Positions 63,786 to 64,000 of a stretch of 64,000 nt of DNA are shown here, piece after piece. The stretch is from contig CAWCNS010000007.1 in the NCBI GenBank assembly GCA_963796965.1, positions 608,001 to 672,000 on the forward strand. The letters run 5' to 3'. Source of the DNA: Calditrichia bacterium (GTDB taxonomy: Bacteria > Calditrichota > Calditrichia > JAJRVZ01). The notes under the pieces were generated by a model. That model was not told the origin of the DNA. It did no database searches and worked only from the letters and a program-made list of their open reading frames with translations. How positions within the stretch are numbered: the stretch's first letter is position 1; each line of letters starts with the position of its first letter. The translations under genes and the position numbers were made by a program.

Positions 63786-64000
63786 TCTGTTTTCAATAAA
63801 TTTTAGAAAAATTTTTCCACGAATTGCACGAATTACACTAATTCTTGTCGCAACTTTCTAAGTAGCAAGCAAATTGCATTAGAAATTTATTATATTATAG
63901 AGTATTCATATAGGTAAAGGATTTTAATGCGCTTTATTTTATTTTCTCCCAATATAATAATTCGTGTAAATTTGTGTAATTCGTGGATAAAATGATGACT

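Overview
AT-rich bacterial chromosomal window, probably FCB group (signal-peptide-rich CAZymes and a pectate lyase with a YPNPFN-type C-terminal sorting domain; a Calditrichota/KSB1-like lineage is only my inference). Most of it is a glycan-degradation region with no SusC/D: GH3, GH92, GH78, GH33, several BNR/sialidase-like proteins, PL1, a sulfatase, DUF4838, and FAD and Gfo/Idh/MocA oxidoreductases. It also carries a decayed stress-gene island (11-15.8 kb), an AbiE toxin-antitoxin pair, an archaeal-type thymidylate synthase and an IS3 remnant. About a dozen genes are split by small indels, most likely long-read consensus errors. The most unusual signals are non-coding: (1) an exactly 22-bp-phased array of the palindrome CCGAACTTCGG directly behind an HU-like/DUF4469 DNA-binding gene; (2) tiny RCCTG+hairpin cassettes inserted at fixed positions inside several palindromic intergenic repeat families; (3) ~140-170-bp inverted repeats bracketing the isomerase/thyA-like/SGNH block; (4) a 3x ~165-bp tandem array punctuated by GTAG-type REP hairpins. 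I found no rRNA, tRNA or CRISPR array by eye. All family assignments come from motif recognition; no searches were run.
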